A DNA stretch of 57,307 nucleotides, taken from assembly GCA_041742555.1 (NCBI GenBank), contig JBGSII010000025.1, forward strand, positions 1 to 57,307, given 5' to 3'. The stretch is from Ilumatobacteraceae bacterium. GTDB lineage: Bacteria > Actinomycetota > Acidimicrobiia > Acidimicrobiales > Ilumatobacteraceae. Position 1 is the first letter of the stretch; the number at the start of each line of letters is the position of its first letter. Position numbers and translations under genes: made by a program. Positions 28,101-34,683 of this stretch are shown piece by piece. The notes beneath the pieces were generated by a model. That model was not told the origin of the DNA, did not search any database, and was given only the letters and a program-made list of their open reading frames with translations.

Positions 28101-30534
28101 CACCATCGGAGCGGCGAATGAAGTCACCGGCGTCGAATGTGCCGCCGGGTGTGCCCTCGTACAGCACCCAGAAGTCCGATGCCGTTCGCCGCATCTCGAG
28201 ATCCGTGTGCGTCGGGTACATGTTCCAGACCGCCACCCACGAATTGTCGACAGCCCGGGACTCGAACGTGATTCGGAGTGGACCCTCGTGCAACACGGTC
28301 GTCGTGGTCGTACCCGGACGGCCAGGGTGGAAGTACTTGGCAGGCGGCTTCGCGGCGTTGGGGAACCCGCGGAAGTCGCCCAGGGACCCCGTCGCCGACG
28401 TCCAGTTGAGCCAATCACGGCCCCCGGCGTCCACGATCGACGAGAACCCGCCTCCGGCAGTCGTGTGGAAGTACCAGGCGCTGCCATCGGAAAGATCGAA
28501 CCGCAGTGCCTCGAAACCCTCGTCCGTCGATGTCGTCACCGAGACCTGATCAGCGAAGGAGCGTGGATCGAGCCCTTTGGCCGCCTTGTCGAAGTAGGCG
28601 TAGTAGACGCGAGACTGACCAGCCGCCGTCGATCCCTCCAACTGCCACAGCAACGTGCCCGTGGCGTTCGTGTCTGCGTTGTAGGTGGTGGCGGGGTCGA
28701 ACTGGTGAGGGACCGTGTCATCGATCACGACACCGGCAGCATCGACCTCGACCACACGGATCGAGTCAGGGTCGAAGCCGGGGCCGCCGGCTCCAGCCGA
28801 CGCCATCAGCGAGGTGAAGTTGAGCTGTTGGTTGACGACCTTCCCGGTGCGCGCAACCGGATCCGGGCCGACCGTCAGAGGAACGCGGAAGTCGAAGGTC
28901 TCGTCCCACCAAGGGGCGTTGTCGTCCACGGTGGTCGTGACGTAGACGGTGGCCTCGTCGCTGATCACGCTGCCAGCGGTATTGGAGACCCGCACGCTGT
29001 ACTTCGAGCCGTTGTCCCCGGCGACCAGTGCCGGCGTCGTGAACTTCGAGCTGTTGGCGCCGGGCACCGGCTGACCGTCGAGGAGCCACTGGAACGCCAG
29101 CGGTCCCTGCCCACTCGCTCCAGCCGAGAACGTTGCTGACAGACCCGGCCGGATGAACACGTCCTGGGGCTGTCTTGTGATCACGGGGACACCCGTCGGC
29201 GGGGAGCGGTGAATCACGATCATCGGGCCCGGCCCTTCGACCATCGCCCCGAAGCCGGGGGGCTGATACGTCCACTGGATCGTGTTGGTGCCCGGTTCGA
29301 GCACCGCAGGATCGATCGGACGGAAGGACGTGTCCCACTTGTCCTCGGTCCCGACGAACGCGGGGAATGGTGTCGTGTCGTTGATCGAGATGTCCGGGCT
29401 CTCCCAATAGTTACCGAGCAGGTACGCCCGATCGGCGCCGTTGTAGTCCGCCGGGAGCTCGATGGTGTCACGGGCGATCTGCGGGAACGTTCGATCGAAG
29501 TAGAGCGCTCGATCCTCGAAGTTGCTGATCGTGAAGGCCTCGACACTGTAGGAACGCTGCAGGGTGAAGTCTGCAGAGGCGCCGCCTGGGGCTTCGACGA
29601 CGTTACCGTTGGCGTCGACGACACGAATCTTGAACCGCACGCCGCTCTGGCTGACCACGTCGGGGATGTTCCAGGTCACGCTGTAGGGAGGAGTCGAGTC
29701 CGTCCCGATGTGACCGATCGTGGCCCCGTTGGGCCGCTGCGAGACACCGCCCGGCCCGTAGTTGTTGCGCAAGAAGTTGTGCCAATCGCGGGTGACGCCG
29801 TCGTTGTCCTCGTCGAAACCGTCGTAGTACGCATGGAATTCGACGTACGCGGCATCGGTGGCAGTAGCGGCCAGCACCACCTGGTTGCCGTCGACCTGCA
29901 GGACCCCACCGACGTTCGGACTGAGTGCCGGCTGACCAGGCACCCCGACCGACGTCAGTTGTCCGGTCGGAGGGGTGACATCGCCACTCGACACGATCGG
30001 ATTCGATGCGTCGTAGTACACCCGGACCATCACGTCGTGAACGTGGTAGGCGCCTGTGGCCTCCTGGAACCGAAGGACGTTGGTTCCCGTCCGCAGCTGC
30101 TCCAGTGGGACAGTCGCCGTGAACGGGGTTCGGCTGAAGTTGTCGCCCACGTTCGGCACGATCTGAGGGCCGCCGTTGATCGTGAACCGAGCCGACCGGT
30201 TGGCCCGGTTGCGCCAGAGGTCGACATAGATCACCGCGGCAATCGCACCGCTCACGTTGTCGGGAATGTCGAGTTCGATCGACTTCGCGCAGCCTGCCGG
30301 CTCGGCGTACCAGGATCCGCCTGCGGTGGCATCACTGTCGCAGCCAGCGGTGTAGGACGCGTGGCTGGCCCAGTACTCCTTGTACGTGTACTCGGTGTCG
30401 TTGAAGTACACCCCAGCCTGAACGGGTGCCGGGGTGGACACCATCACTCCGCCGACCAGGAGCGCCACTGCGAGCACGAGCCCGAAACCGGCACTCCGAG
30501 TTCTGTTGTTGGTCATCTCCGCGCACCCGCTCAT
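22183..30534 (-). CDS. Giant secreted multidomain protein (2,783 aa) with Ig, FN3-like, ConA/LamG-like, PKD-like and CHB_HEX_C-like modules
   Basis: Uninterrupted ORF. Signal peptide RTRSAGFGLVLAVALLVGGVMVSTPAPVQA. Contains an I-set-like Ig domain and a DUF2341-like segment (NAPWWDETFDFRVPLTV). Three FN3-like plus ConA-like repeats follow (WNVVDPVGDA...; WYVVDPRGTS...), then two CHB_HEX_C-like units (IRYTLDGSEPT; IRYTLDGTDPT), a PKD-like unit and two Laminin_G_3-like domains at the C-terminus. Alternative start ATG 30516. Confidence 0.9.
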   Translation of the reverse strand: MSGCAEMTNNRTRSAGFGLVLAVALLVGGVMVSTPAPVQAGVYFNDTEYTYKEYWASHASYTAGCDSDATAGGSWYAEPAGCAKSIELDIPDNVSGAIAAVIYVDLWRNRANRSARFTINGGPQIVPNVGDNFSRTPFTATVPLEQLRTGTNVLRFQEATGAYHVHDVMVRVYYDASNPIVSSGDVTPPTGQLTSVGVPGQPALSPNVGGVLQVDGNQVVLAATATDAAYVEFHAYYDGFDEDNDGVTRDWHNFLRNNYGPGGVSQRPNGATIGHIGTDSTPPYSVTWNIPDVVSQSGVRFKIRVVDANGNVVEAPGGASADFTLQRSYSVEAFTISNFEDRALYFDRTFPQIARDTIELPADYNGADRAYLLGNYWESPDISINDTTPFPAFVGTEDKWDTSFRPIDPAVLEPGTNTIQWTYQPPGFGAMVEGPGPMIVIHRSPPTGVPVITRQPQDVFIRPGLSATFSAGASGQGPLAFQWLLDGQPVPGANSSKFTTPALVAGDNGSKYSVRVSNTAGSVISDEATVYVTTTVDDNAPWWDETFDFRVPLTVGPDPVARTGKVVNQQLNFTSLMASAGAGGPGFDPDSIRVVEVDAAGVVIDDTVPHQFDPATTYNADTNATGTLLWQLEGSTAAGQSRVYYAYFDKAAKGLDPRSFADQVSVTTSTDEGFEALRFDLSDGSAWYFHTTAGGGFSSIVDAGGRDWLNWTSATGSLGDFRGFPNAAKPPAKYFHPGRPGTTTTTVLHEGPLRITFESRAVDNSWVAVWNMYPTHTDLEMRRTASDFWVLYEGTPGGTFDAGDFIRRSDGVQVPSDGTFELDLPGEEWMYAADPAVGASFFLAQHEDDGSVDSYRQLDGRMTVLGLGRGGSSLNFPYLPRQTGGSPQTFSAGLLGTVDPTTARADILGAYRAPIVTVGSSSFNGSSGVGPASDDFNSPSLNAVWRTEDPVGGATFAMSGTTLDIAMPDGPIRDLWTGRDTAPRVVQDVADTDFDVAVGFTSVPDQQGQGQGMLFWQDERNWVRSAITYANSKVNVDVYRMEDGTARRVFRKSLGGVPQRYLRTVRSGDSWTFQRSWNGSSWFPAGSFTIPLELRQVGLYATTFASGSAPAFTARVDYFDSATSPIPPNPGPTISGVVVDASARDATVTWQTNEPASGVLRHGPTVELVSTTAGATAATAHSISIGFLACGQRHYVRPESSTAAGTTVGQMVEFVTEPCTPIVSDDFSSGQLGSHWNVVDPVGDAVVTVTDTNTLVSLPAGSDHNLFAGANRALRLRQAGPLGNFGVEAKFESVLTTRFQMQGIVVEESDDTFLRFEVHHDGAAVKAYVASVIAGVAAVRHYGDLPASAEHYLRVQRSGDNWTMWHSVDAVIWSPIVTFDASVASTYVGPYIGNTATGTASPPGFIGSIDYFYNVDSPIAADDGGLGPDTRPPTLAEVEVQVGAPSSAQATVGWTTDEPATTRVNWGTTAALELTPVIDNIASFSHSAVVGPLSCGSQYFYEVQSTDAVGNTARSTPSGFTTPPCPGGAFSDNFDLAELDDRWYVVDPRGTSTVTALPGMVSMSVIGQQRHDLSTANQSALRLLQPVADNDFVVQAGFESVVTFASQIQGVVFEQSDKTLVRFDLFSDGSVTRAFVGHLTPTRLQTLANVVVPGAVPGSLRVARTGDNWVFEYSSDDGATWQQIYAGSIDIAVTRMGPLVGNSNPQASEIPAHTAFVDYFWSQSDPIEITNPGTSGGPLFTVFGGDGQAWSGTPLEFGSVGLAQPDVNVQGRVADPDGVQSITYQVNGGQPVRMGLGSTTCDVGISCTRRLANDGDFNADIDASKLSPGANTVTIRAIDGAFNVSSIDIPVNYTPGKVWPKRYGVDWQGVSDTHDVAQPIDGRWTLDGGRLHIDEIGYDRLIAVGDGGWGSFEVEVPITINSFDPAGYQFPSSGPGIGFIPHWLGHSPTSTVQPKFGFQDRLGALVWYRYRNDTNAERFEIRDSKAQLVAEDLTGRQLRRGTEYIYKMQVQEGTATTGPSYRLKVWEQGTAEPFEWDIETTLAVGAPDQGSLALVAHHVDATFGDVQVRELSAVTPLVSPPSGTYEGLTTVSMSSGSVGGEIRYTLDGSEPTSTSSLYTTPLIVDSSMTVKAKAFRSGFDPSDTTERIYEILDVEFQRVTTNLQAEYKFDEGSGNTVRNSVPGGSALDLTVQSGSTTTWLPAQQALRLGGSSLIRTGLGARPLNDALAASGSFTVEMWVDPASVGGGDQTLLHLAPSAPDQQNLAVRQSGQIFRTDVRTSSTNAMGQPTLSTPGVFGQDLQQVVLVRRPAGALEVYVDGELRSTSTRSGTLAGWGPGFAFGLGNTIQRNSPWNGDLYHVAIYRDDLSALEIAQNHRAGVLPPSNNERPQVNAGPDVTVLEGATVTMAATATDDGLPSSPGALVTAWTQIAGPAAATIVNPASPATNITLSTAGIYRFQLTADDGERSSSDVVTVTVVAAGALPPPTASPSPGTYPGSVEVSLTSSVVSSTIRYTLDGTDPTATSTVYAAPFDVSQTTTVKARVFVSGIEPSAVAAFGYQISAEARATEGLLAFYPFNEPSGSLVLDQSGVATPLDMVIADTSRTVRVPSGLRFDAPTVAESAAAVELNSAIRGSGQFSVEMWLEPANVSQVSAMVMGLSINGSSRHVGLVQQATVLDSYVRSTATNIRGEPPLSAANQVTASRAHVVLTRAVNGTTTLFVNGVAVATGTAGGTLGSWEQWPRLHIGAERSGSKPWLGTIYLLAVYDRALSVDEIQRHGRIGDV
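22186..22835 (-). other. Laminin_G_3-like (ConA-like) domain, C-terminal copy
   Basis: LLAFYPFNEPSGSLVLDQSG...FSVEMWLEP...LFVNGVAVATG...WLGTIYLLAVYDRALSVDEIQRH. Confidence 0.65.
23405..24050 (-). other. Laminin_G_3-like (ConA-like) domain, first copy
   Basis: LQAEYKFDEGSGNTVRNS...FTVEMWVDP...LEVYVDGELRST...WNGDLYHVAIYRDDLSALEIAQNH. Confidence 0.65.
28939..29187 (-). other. Immunoglobulin I-set/Ig_3-like domain
   Basis: PVITRQPQDVFIRPGLSATFSAGASGQGPLAFQWLLDGQPVPGANSSKFTTPALVAGDNGSKYSVRVSNTAGSVISDEATVYV (aa about 450-532 of the protein). Confidence 0.6.
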
Positions 30535-30653
30535 TTCACTGTGACGGAGCTCCGTTCGCTCGAGCCCCGCCAGGCCGACGAGCCCATGTTAGGCACGGCC
30601 ACCACCGGTGTCTACCGCGGGCACCAAGGATCAAGAAGGGGTCAGATTTCGAG

Positions 30654-30687
30654 GGTGAATTCAGCCCCAGATCGCTCCGAATTCACC
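30654..30687. promoter_or_regulatory. Perfect 9-bp inverted repeat (ggtgaattc, 16-nt spacer, gaattcacc) between a sulfotransferase gene and the second giant gene
   Basis: Read directly: arms at 30654-30662 and 30679-30687. The arms are AT-richer than their surroundings and lie about 120-150 nt upstream of the giant-gene start codon on the - strand. Could be an operator or an intercistronic RNA stem-loop. Confidence 0.35.
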
Positions 30688-30758
30688 ATCTGCGTTCGCT
30701 CTCGCGCCGTTCGTGACCGTCGCCCCGCCGGACGCGAAGCCGTTCGGGCTGCGGCTGG

Positions 30759-31685
30759 TCACACGATGTCAGCGAAGCGCTCCCAGAGCGAGTCCGTCTC
30801 GCGCCGCACGCGAGCGACGTCGTCGGCGCCCAGGCGCTCCGCCCACGTGGACAGCGCCCGACGACTGTCGCGGCGGACGTCGATGGCGTCCACCGGTTCG
30901 GATGCTGCGGACGACAACCGCTTCACGGTCGATGCCTGTGTGGGCCCGAACTTCAAGCCGAGACGGTCGTACAAACCCTCGACCTCGACCTGAGGGTTCA
31001 TCGCGAGGCGCTCGTAACTGACGACCATGATCCGGGGATCGACGTCCCGCATCGCGTCGACGAACCCGTAGATCCCGTTCCACATCACGATGCCCTGCTC
31101 GACCAGGTCATCGGAGGGGCGTTCCACCAATCGCCGGACGTCGGCGTCGACGCCCGCCAGGCAGTCGACCATGAGGCGCGGCTGTTCGAGCCAGTGGCGG
31201 AAATCGAACCCCCAGTCACGCGCCACCAGCGACCCGACGAAGGCAACCGGATCGCGCACCAAGACGACCGCAGTGACATCGAACTCCCGAACCAGCCATG
31301 ACGTCGAGAACACGGCGATCGGATCCTTGACCAACGCAGACGCGCCACGTCGACGCGCGTGCGCCGCGTCACGGGCGAGGCGGACCATACGCCGAGCCTC
31401 ACGCATCGACGGCCTCGCCGTCAGGTTGTGAACCAACGGATAGCGCAACGCGAGGACCTGCTCCACGGGATGACGCCACTCCTCGGCGTTGGTGGCATCG
31501 ACGTAGAGAAACTGATGGGAAGGCCGGGGCACCATCCACCGCTGCATCTCCACGATGTTGAACGGTTCTTGGACGTAGTGCAGACGATCGGCCGACGCGA
31601 GCAAACGCCCCACCCACGTCGTGCCCGACCGGTGGGACCCCGTCACGAGAACGGCACCCGCCCCCGCACCACCTGTCGCCGTCAC
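30759..31685 (-). CDS. Sulfotransferase (Sulfotransfer_3-like)
   Basis: P-loop-like PAPS motif VLVTGSHRSGTTWVGRLL near the N-terminus. Start trimmed to GTG 31685, which overlaps the upstream stop as GTGA; the track's longer ORF runs into the upstream gene. Confidence 0.8.
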   Translation of the reverse strand: MTATGGAGAGAVLVTGSHRSGTTWVGRLLASADRLHYVQEPFNIVEMQRWMVPRPSHQFLYVDATNAEEWRHPVEQVLALRYPLVHNLTARPSMREARRMVRLARDAAHARRRGASALVKDPIAVFSTSWLVREFDVTAVVLVRDPVAFVGSLVARDWGFDFRHWLEQPRLMVDCLAGVDADVRRLVERPSDDLVEQGIVMWNGIYGFVDAMRDVDPRIMVVSYERLAMNPQVEVEGLYDRLGLKFGPTQASTVKRLSSAASEPVDAIDVRRDSRRALSTWAERLGADDVARVRRETDSLWERFADIV

Positions 31686-32581
31686 GATCGCCCGCCGCGC
31701 ACGACCCGAACCTGATGCCGCAGCCACCGGCGCACACGAACAGCTGGCCACGCGACGTTGAACGTGGCGAGCACGGCAACCCGCTCGGCAGGCGGATGTC
31801 GACTCCGCATGATGGCACCCACGGTCGCCCACCACAGCCAGAAGGCAGGAAAGCGCACGCCCCGCGCGGCAGGCCCGAACCACTGCGCAAGACTCCGGTT
31901 GGAAGGGTTCGCCACCAACGACTGGCCTGGCCGGCGCACGAAGAGTGGTTCCGGGACGACACTGAACCGGCCGGCCACGGCCAACTCGTAGAGGAGCGAG
32001 ACGTCCGATCCCGGAAAGGGCGCAATCAGCGCCGTTCGAGCCAGGACATCTCGCCGCATGAGCCCGAACACGGCGTTGCAGTACGTCAGGCGACGCACGA
32101 CCTCGGTCAGCCGATGAGATGCACCGGATGACGCTGCGTGCAGATCGTCCTCGTAGACCTTCATGGTCGCTCCTGCGTCATCGACGAATCGGGTCCAGCT
32201 GTGGGCGAGCACGCTGTGAGGTTCGGCATCGAGTCGATCGACCAATCGTTCGATCAGCTGTGGTTCCATGAGGTCGTCATGGGCGTGCCAGCGGAAGTAT
32301 TCACCCTGCGCACGTTCGAACACGAGGTTGTAGTTGCGTGCGGCACCCTGATTGACCTCATTGCGCAGCACGACGACCCGCTCATCTCGAGCCGCCGCGC
32401 GCTCGAGGATCTCGGGCGTCGAGTCGGTCGAGGCGTTGTCGGACACGATGAGCTCGAAGTCGAGGAACGTCTGTGACAACACGCTGTCTATCGACTGCTC
32501 GAGAAACCGCTCGCCGTTGAAGACGGGCAGGCCGATCGACACCCGGGGGCGGTGCACCACGTCGGTCGCCGTCCACGTCAC
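31682..32581 (-). CDS. Glycosyltransferase family 2
   Basis: VSIGLPVFNGERFLEQSIDSVLSQTFLDFELIVSDNASTDSTPEIL...HAHDDL. Start trimmed to GTG 32581, overlapping the upstream stop (GTGA); GTG 32587 is also possible. Confidence 0.9.
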   Translation of the reverse strand: MTWTATDVVHRPRVSIGLPVFNGERFLEQSIDSVLSQTFLDFELIVSDNASTDSTPEILERAAARDERVVVLRNEVNQGAARNYNLVFERAQGEYFRWHAHDDLMEPQLIERLVDRLDAEPHSVLAHSWTRFVDDAGATMKVYEDDLHAASSGASHRLTEVVRRLTYCNAVFGLMRRDVLARTALIAPFPGSDVSLLYELAVAGRFSVVPEPLFVRRPGQSLVANPSNRSLAQWFGPAARGVRFPAFWLWWATVGAIMRSRHPPAERVAVLATFNVAWPAVRVRRWLRHQVRVVRGGRS

Positions 32582-33441
32582 ATCGACCACTCCACCAGCT
32601 CCAGCCCGCTGAACTCTCGGATCGCCTCCACTTCGGGCTCGAGGTACTCGCGCACGCGGGCCCGATCCAGCGGCGTCCACTCGGGCGGTTCGATCGGCCG
32701 ACCGACGATTCGGCGGACGTAGCGCCGATAGCGGGGGTGTTTCACCGGGTCACCCCAGATGGGGATTGCCCAGCGCAGCGGCCGCCGCTTGCGGCTGCTG
32801 TCGTGGATGCGCCGCCCGATCTTCGGGTGCTCGAAACCAGGATCGACACCGATGAACGAGAGCACGTCACGCAGCACACGCTGCGCATCCGTGGCGAACT
32901 CCTCGTATGACACGACCAGGATCTGAGCCGGATCGTAGAACTCGAGGAAACACGACAGCTGGGTCCAGTACCGCGAGGTCTGCACGAGACTGCTGCGTTC
33001 GAGATCGGCGAGGGCATCGGAGAGATCCCCGCGCAACTTACCCTCGCCGACCGCATGGACCCAGTGCGATTCGATCCGTTCGAACGGATCGCGCACCATG
33101 TAAACGAGGCGGACATCGGGGAGATGGTGATGCATCCGCGCAGCGACGCCGGCGTGTTTGTGGCACTTGGTGTAGTTCACCGACGACTCACCTGCAGCGA
33201 GCGCAGACCCGGCGAACTGGCTGCGGTACCAGTCCATGCCGAGCCTGCTGTATCGCGGTTCGATGAAGAAGTCGAGTTCCTTGGGTTCGGACGCGTCGAT
33301 GTCGGGATGCTCGGCGAGGTAGCGGTGCAAGCTCGTCGTCGCCGACTTCATCGCGCCGATCGTGATCCAGGTCGGCAGCCGACCGGCAACGGGCCTGTGT
33401 GACTCATTTGTCGACATCTGCGCCGCCTCCTCGTCGATCAT
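32578..33441 (-). CDS. Sulfotransferase (Sulfotransfer_1-like; paralog of 1106..1942)
   Basis: WITIGAMKSATTSLHRYLAEHPDIDASEPKELDFFIEP...MDWYRSQF...VYMVRDPFERIESHW. Start trimmed to ATG 33441, overlapping the upstream stop (ATGA); ATG 33417 is an alternative. Confidence 0.9.
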   Translation of the reverse strand: MIDEEAAQMSTNESHRPVAGRLPTWITIGAMKSATTSLHRYLAEHPDIDASEPKELDFFIEPRYSRLGMDWYRSQFAGSALAAGESSVNYTKCHKHAGVAARMHHHLPDVRLVYMVRDPFERIESHWVHAVGEGKLRGDLSDALADLERSSLVQTSRYWTQLSCFLEFYDPAQILVVSYEEFATDAQRVLRDVLSFIGVDPGFEHPKIGRRIHDSSRKRRPLRWAIPIWGDPVKHPRYRRYVRRIVGRPIEPPEWTPLDRARVREYLEPEVEAIREFSGLELVEWSM

Positions 33442-34370
33442 CGTCCATGAACGGTGCGGTACTCCCGGTAGTGCACGCCGAACGCTCCGACCGCCGAACC
33501 GATGCCGACCATCGTCAGCCGAAGCGCCGCAAGAGACACATCGGCACCACGGGGGACAGCCATGAGCGCGAGTACGAGTCCCTTTCCAGCCAACCATGCG
33601 CCTGCGGCCATGCGCCGGATGCGGCGCGGCCATGCCGGCTGATCCAGCAACAGCATCACCAGGCTGCGCGTGACGCCAACGCGGAACCACCGACGGAGCA
33701 GCCAAGCCGGCGTCTGCCTCGACGCTGGAATCCATTCATCGACGATCGCGTCGGCGTCCCACACGATCCGGCCGCCCCGGCGTTCGATGAGCGTGAAGTG
33801 CAGCAGATCCTCCCCACCGGTCAGCGAGAGCGACTCGTCGAATCCTTCCGGGGGAACGACCGACGCACGCACGATGACCCCTGAGGTGCGGGCGCGATAG
33901 GCCCGGATGGTCTGTCCAGTGACAAAACTGGGCGCTTCGAACGCACCACAGTCGACGGCGATGGCCTTGCCGCCAGGCTCGTAGATCGGCGAGGACGGAC
34001 CGATGACGACGTCAGCATCGGTGCGCTCCTGGGTCTCGAGCAGCCTGGCAAGCCAGTCCGATCGCGGCGCCTCGTCGTCATCGATCCAGGCGATCCAATC
34101 GGGCCGACGGGACAACGCCAGCGCCAGCGCACGGTTGCGGGCGTGTGAGATCCCTCGCTGGGGCTCCACGTCGACCGTGACCGCCCAGCGGGATGTCAGC
34201 CCCGACGCCTCCACGACGGTTGTTGCCACACCCTGCTGGTCATTGTCGACGACGACCAGCTCGACGGTGATGCCGCTGGTGTCCAGGACGTGCAACCGTT
34301 CGAGCAACCGCCCGAGTCCGTCTGGTCGCCGAAACGTGACGATGCAGATGACCAACGTTGGGCTCTCCAT
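33438..34370 (-). CDS. Glycosyltransferase family 2
   Basis: MESPTLVICIVTFRRPDGLGRLLERL...VVVDND...ISHARNRALA...IAWIDDDE. Start trimmed to ATG 34370. Confidence 0.88.
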   Translation of the reverse strand: MESPTLVICIVTFRRPDGLGRLLERLHVLDTSGITVELVVVDNDQQGVATTVVEASGLTSRWAVTVDVEPQRGISHARNRALALALSRRPDWIAWIDDDEAPRSDWLARLLETQERTDADVVIGPSSPIYEPGGKAIAVDCGAFEAPSFVTGQTIRAYRARTSGVIVRASVVPPEGFDESLSLTGGEDLLHFTLIERRGGRIVWDADAIVDEWIPASRQTPAWLLRRWFRVGVTRSLVMLLLDQPAWPRRIRRMAAGAWLAGKGLVLALMAVPRGADVSLAALRLTMVGIGSAVGAFGVHYREYRTVHGR

Positions 34371-34683
34371 GTCAGACGCGTTGTGACGGCGCGTTCCGCC
34401 CGCTCTGACACCTCGACACGAACTGCACGACGCCGCAAGGTAGCAGACCGTCCCGAGGCTCGTACGTCTGCCGAACCTCGGCAGCAACGCTGTTGCTTCT
34501 GACAGAGGTACCGCAGAATCCAGCCAGGGGTTGAGTTCTCGTCATGAATCCGTAAGAATCACGGAGTCGTGTCGGACCACCGACGCCGAAGATCCGGTCA
34601 AGGTTGGGATGGCGGGCTCAAGTATCGACAGCGACCGGCCGATCACTCCCCACTGCACCCCCCCCAACGGAGGTTCCAATTCC
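34371..34683. promoter_or_regulatory. Divergent promoter region (GT2-led operon on the - strand; secreted-protein gene on the + strand)
   Basis: Back-to-back starts at 34370 (-) and 34684 (+). Contains a perfect dyad agcaac-gct-gttgct at 34483-34497, a C8 tract at 34658-34665 and an SD ggagg at 34669-34673. Confidence 0.4.

Noticed and set aside
31686-31883. Long N-terminal extensions of track ORFs that overlap the preceding gene (also 32582-32680, 33442-33735, 34371-34487, 37825-37989, 39069-39167, 40307-40504, 41341-41376, 43895-44005, 48434-48649, 49635-50057, 17703-17783)
   Set aside because: The extensions are Arg/Cys/Gly-rich and precede the conserved N-terminal motifs. In each case an in-frame ATG/GTG/TTG sits exactly at or next to the upstream stop codon.
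34658-34665. C8 homopolymer just upstream of the SD of the secreted-protein gene as a phase-variation tract
   Set aside because: The tract is short for slippage-based switching and unremarkable in GC-rich DNA. It lies outside the coding frame, so it is recorded only as part of the promoter-region feature.
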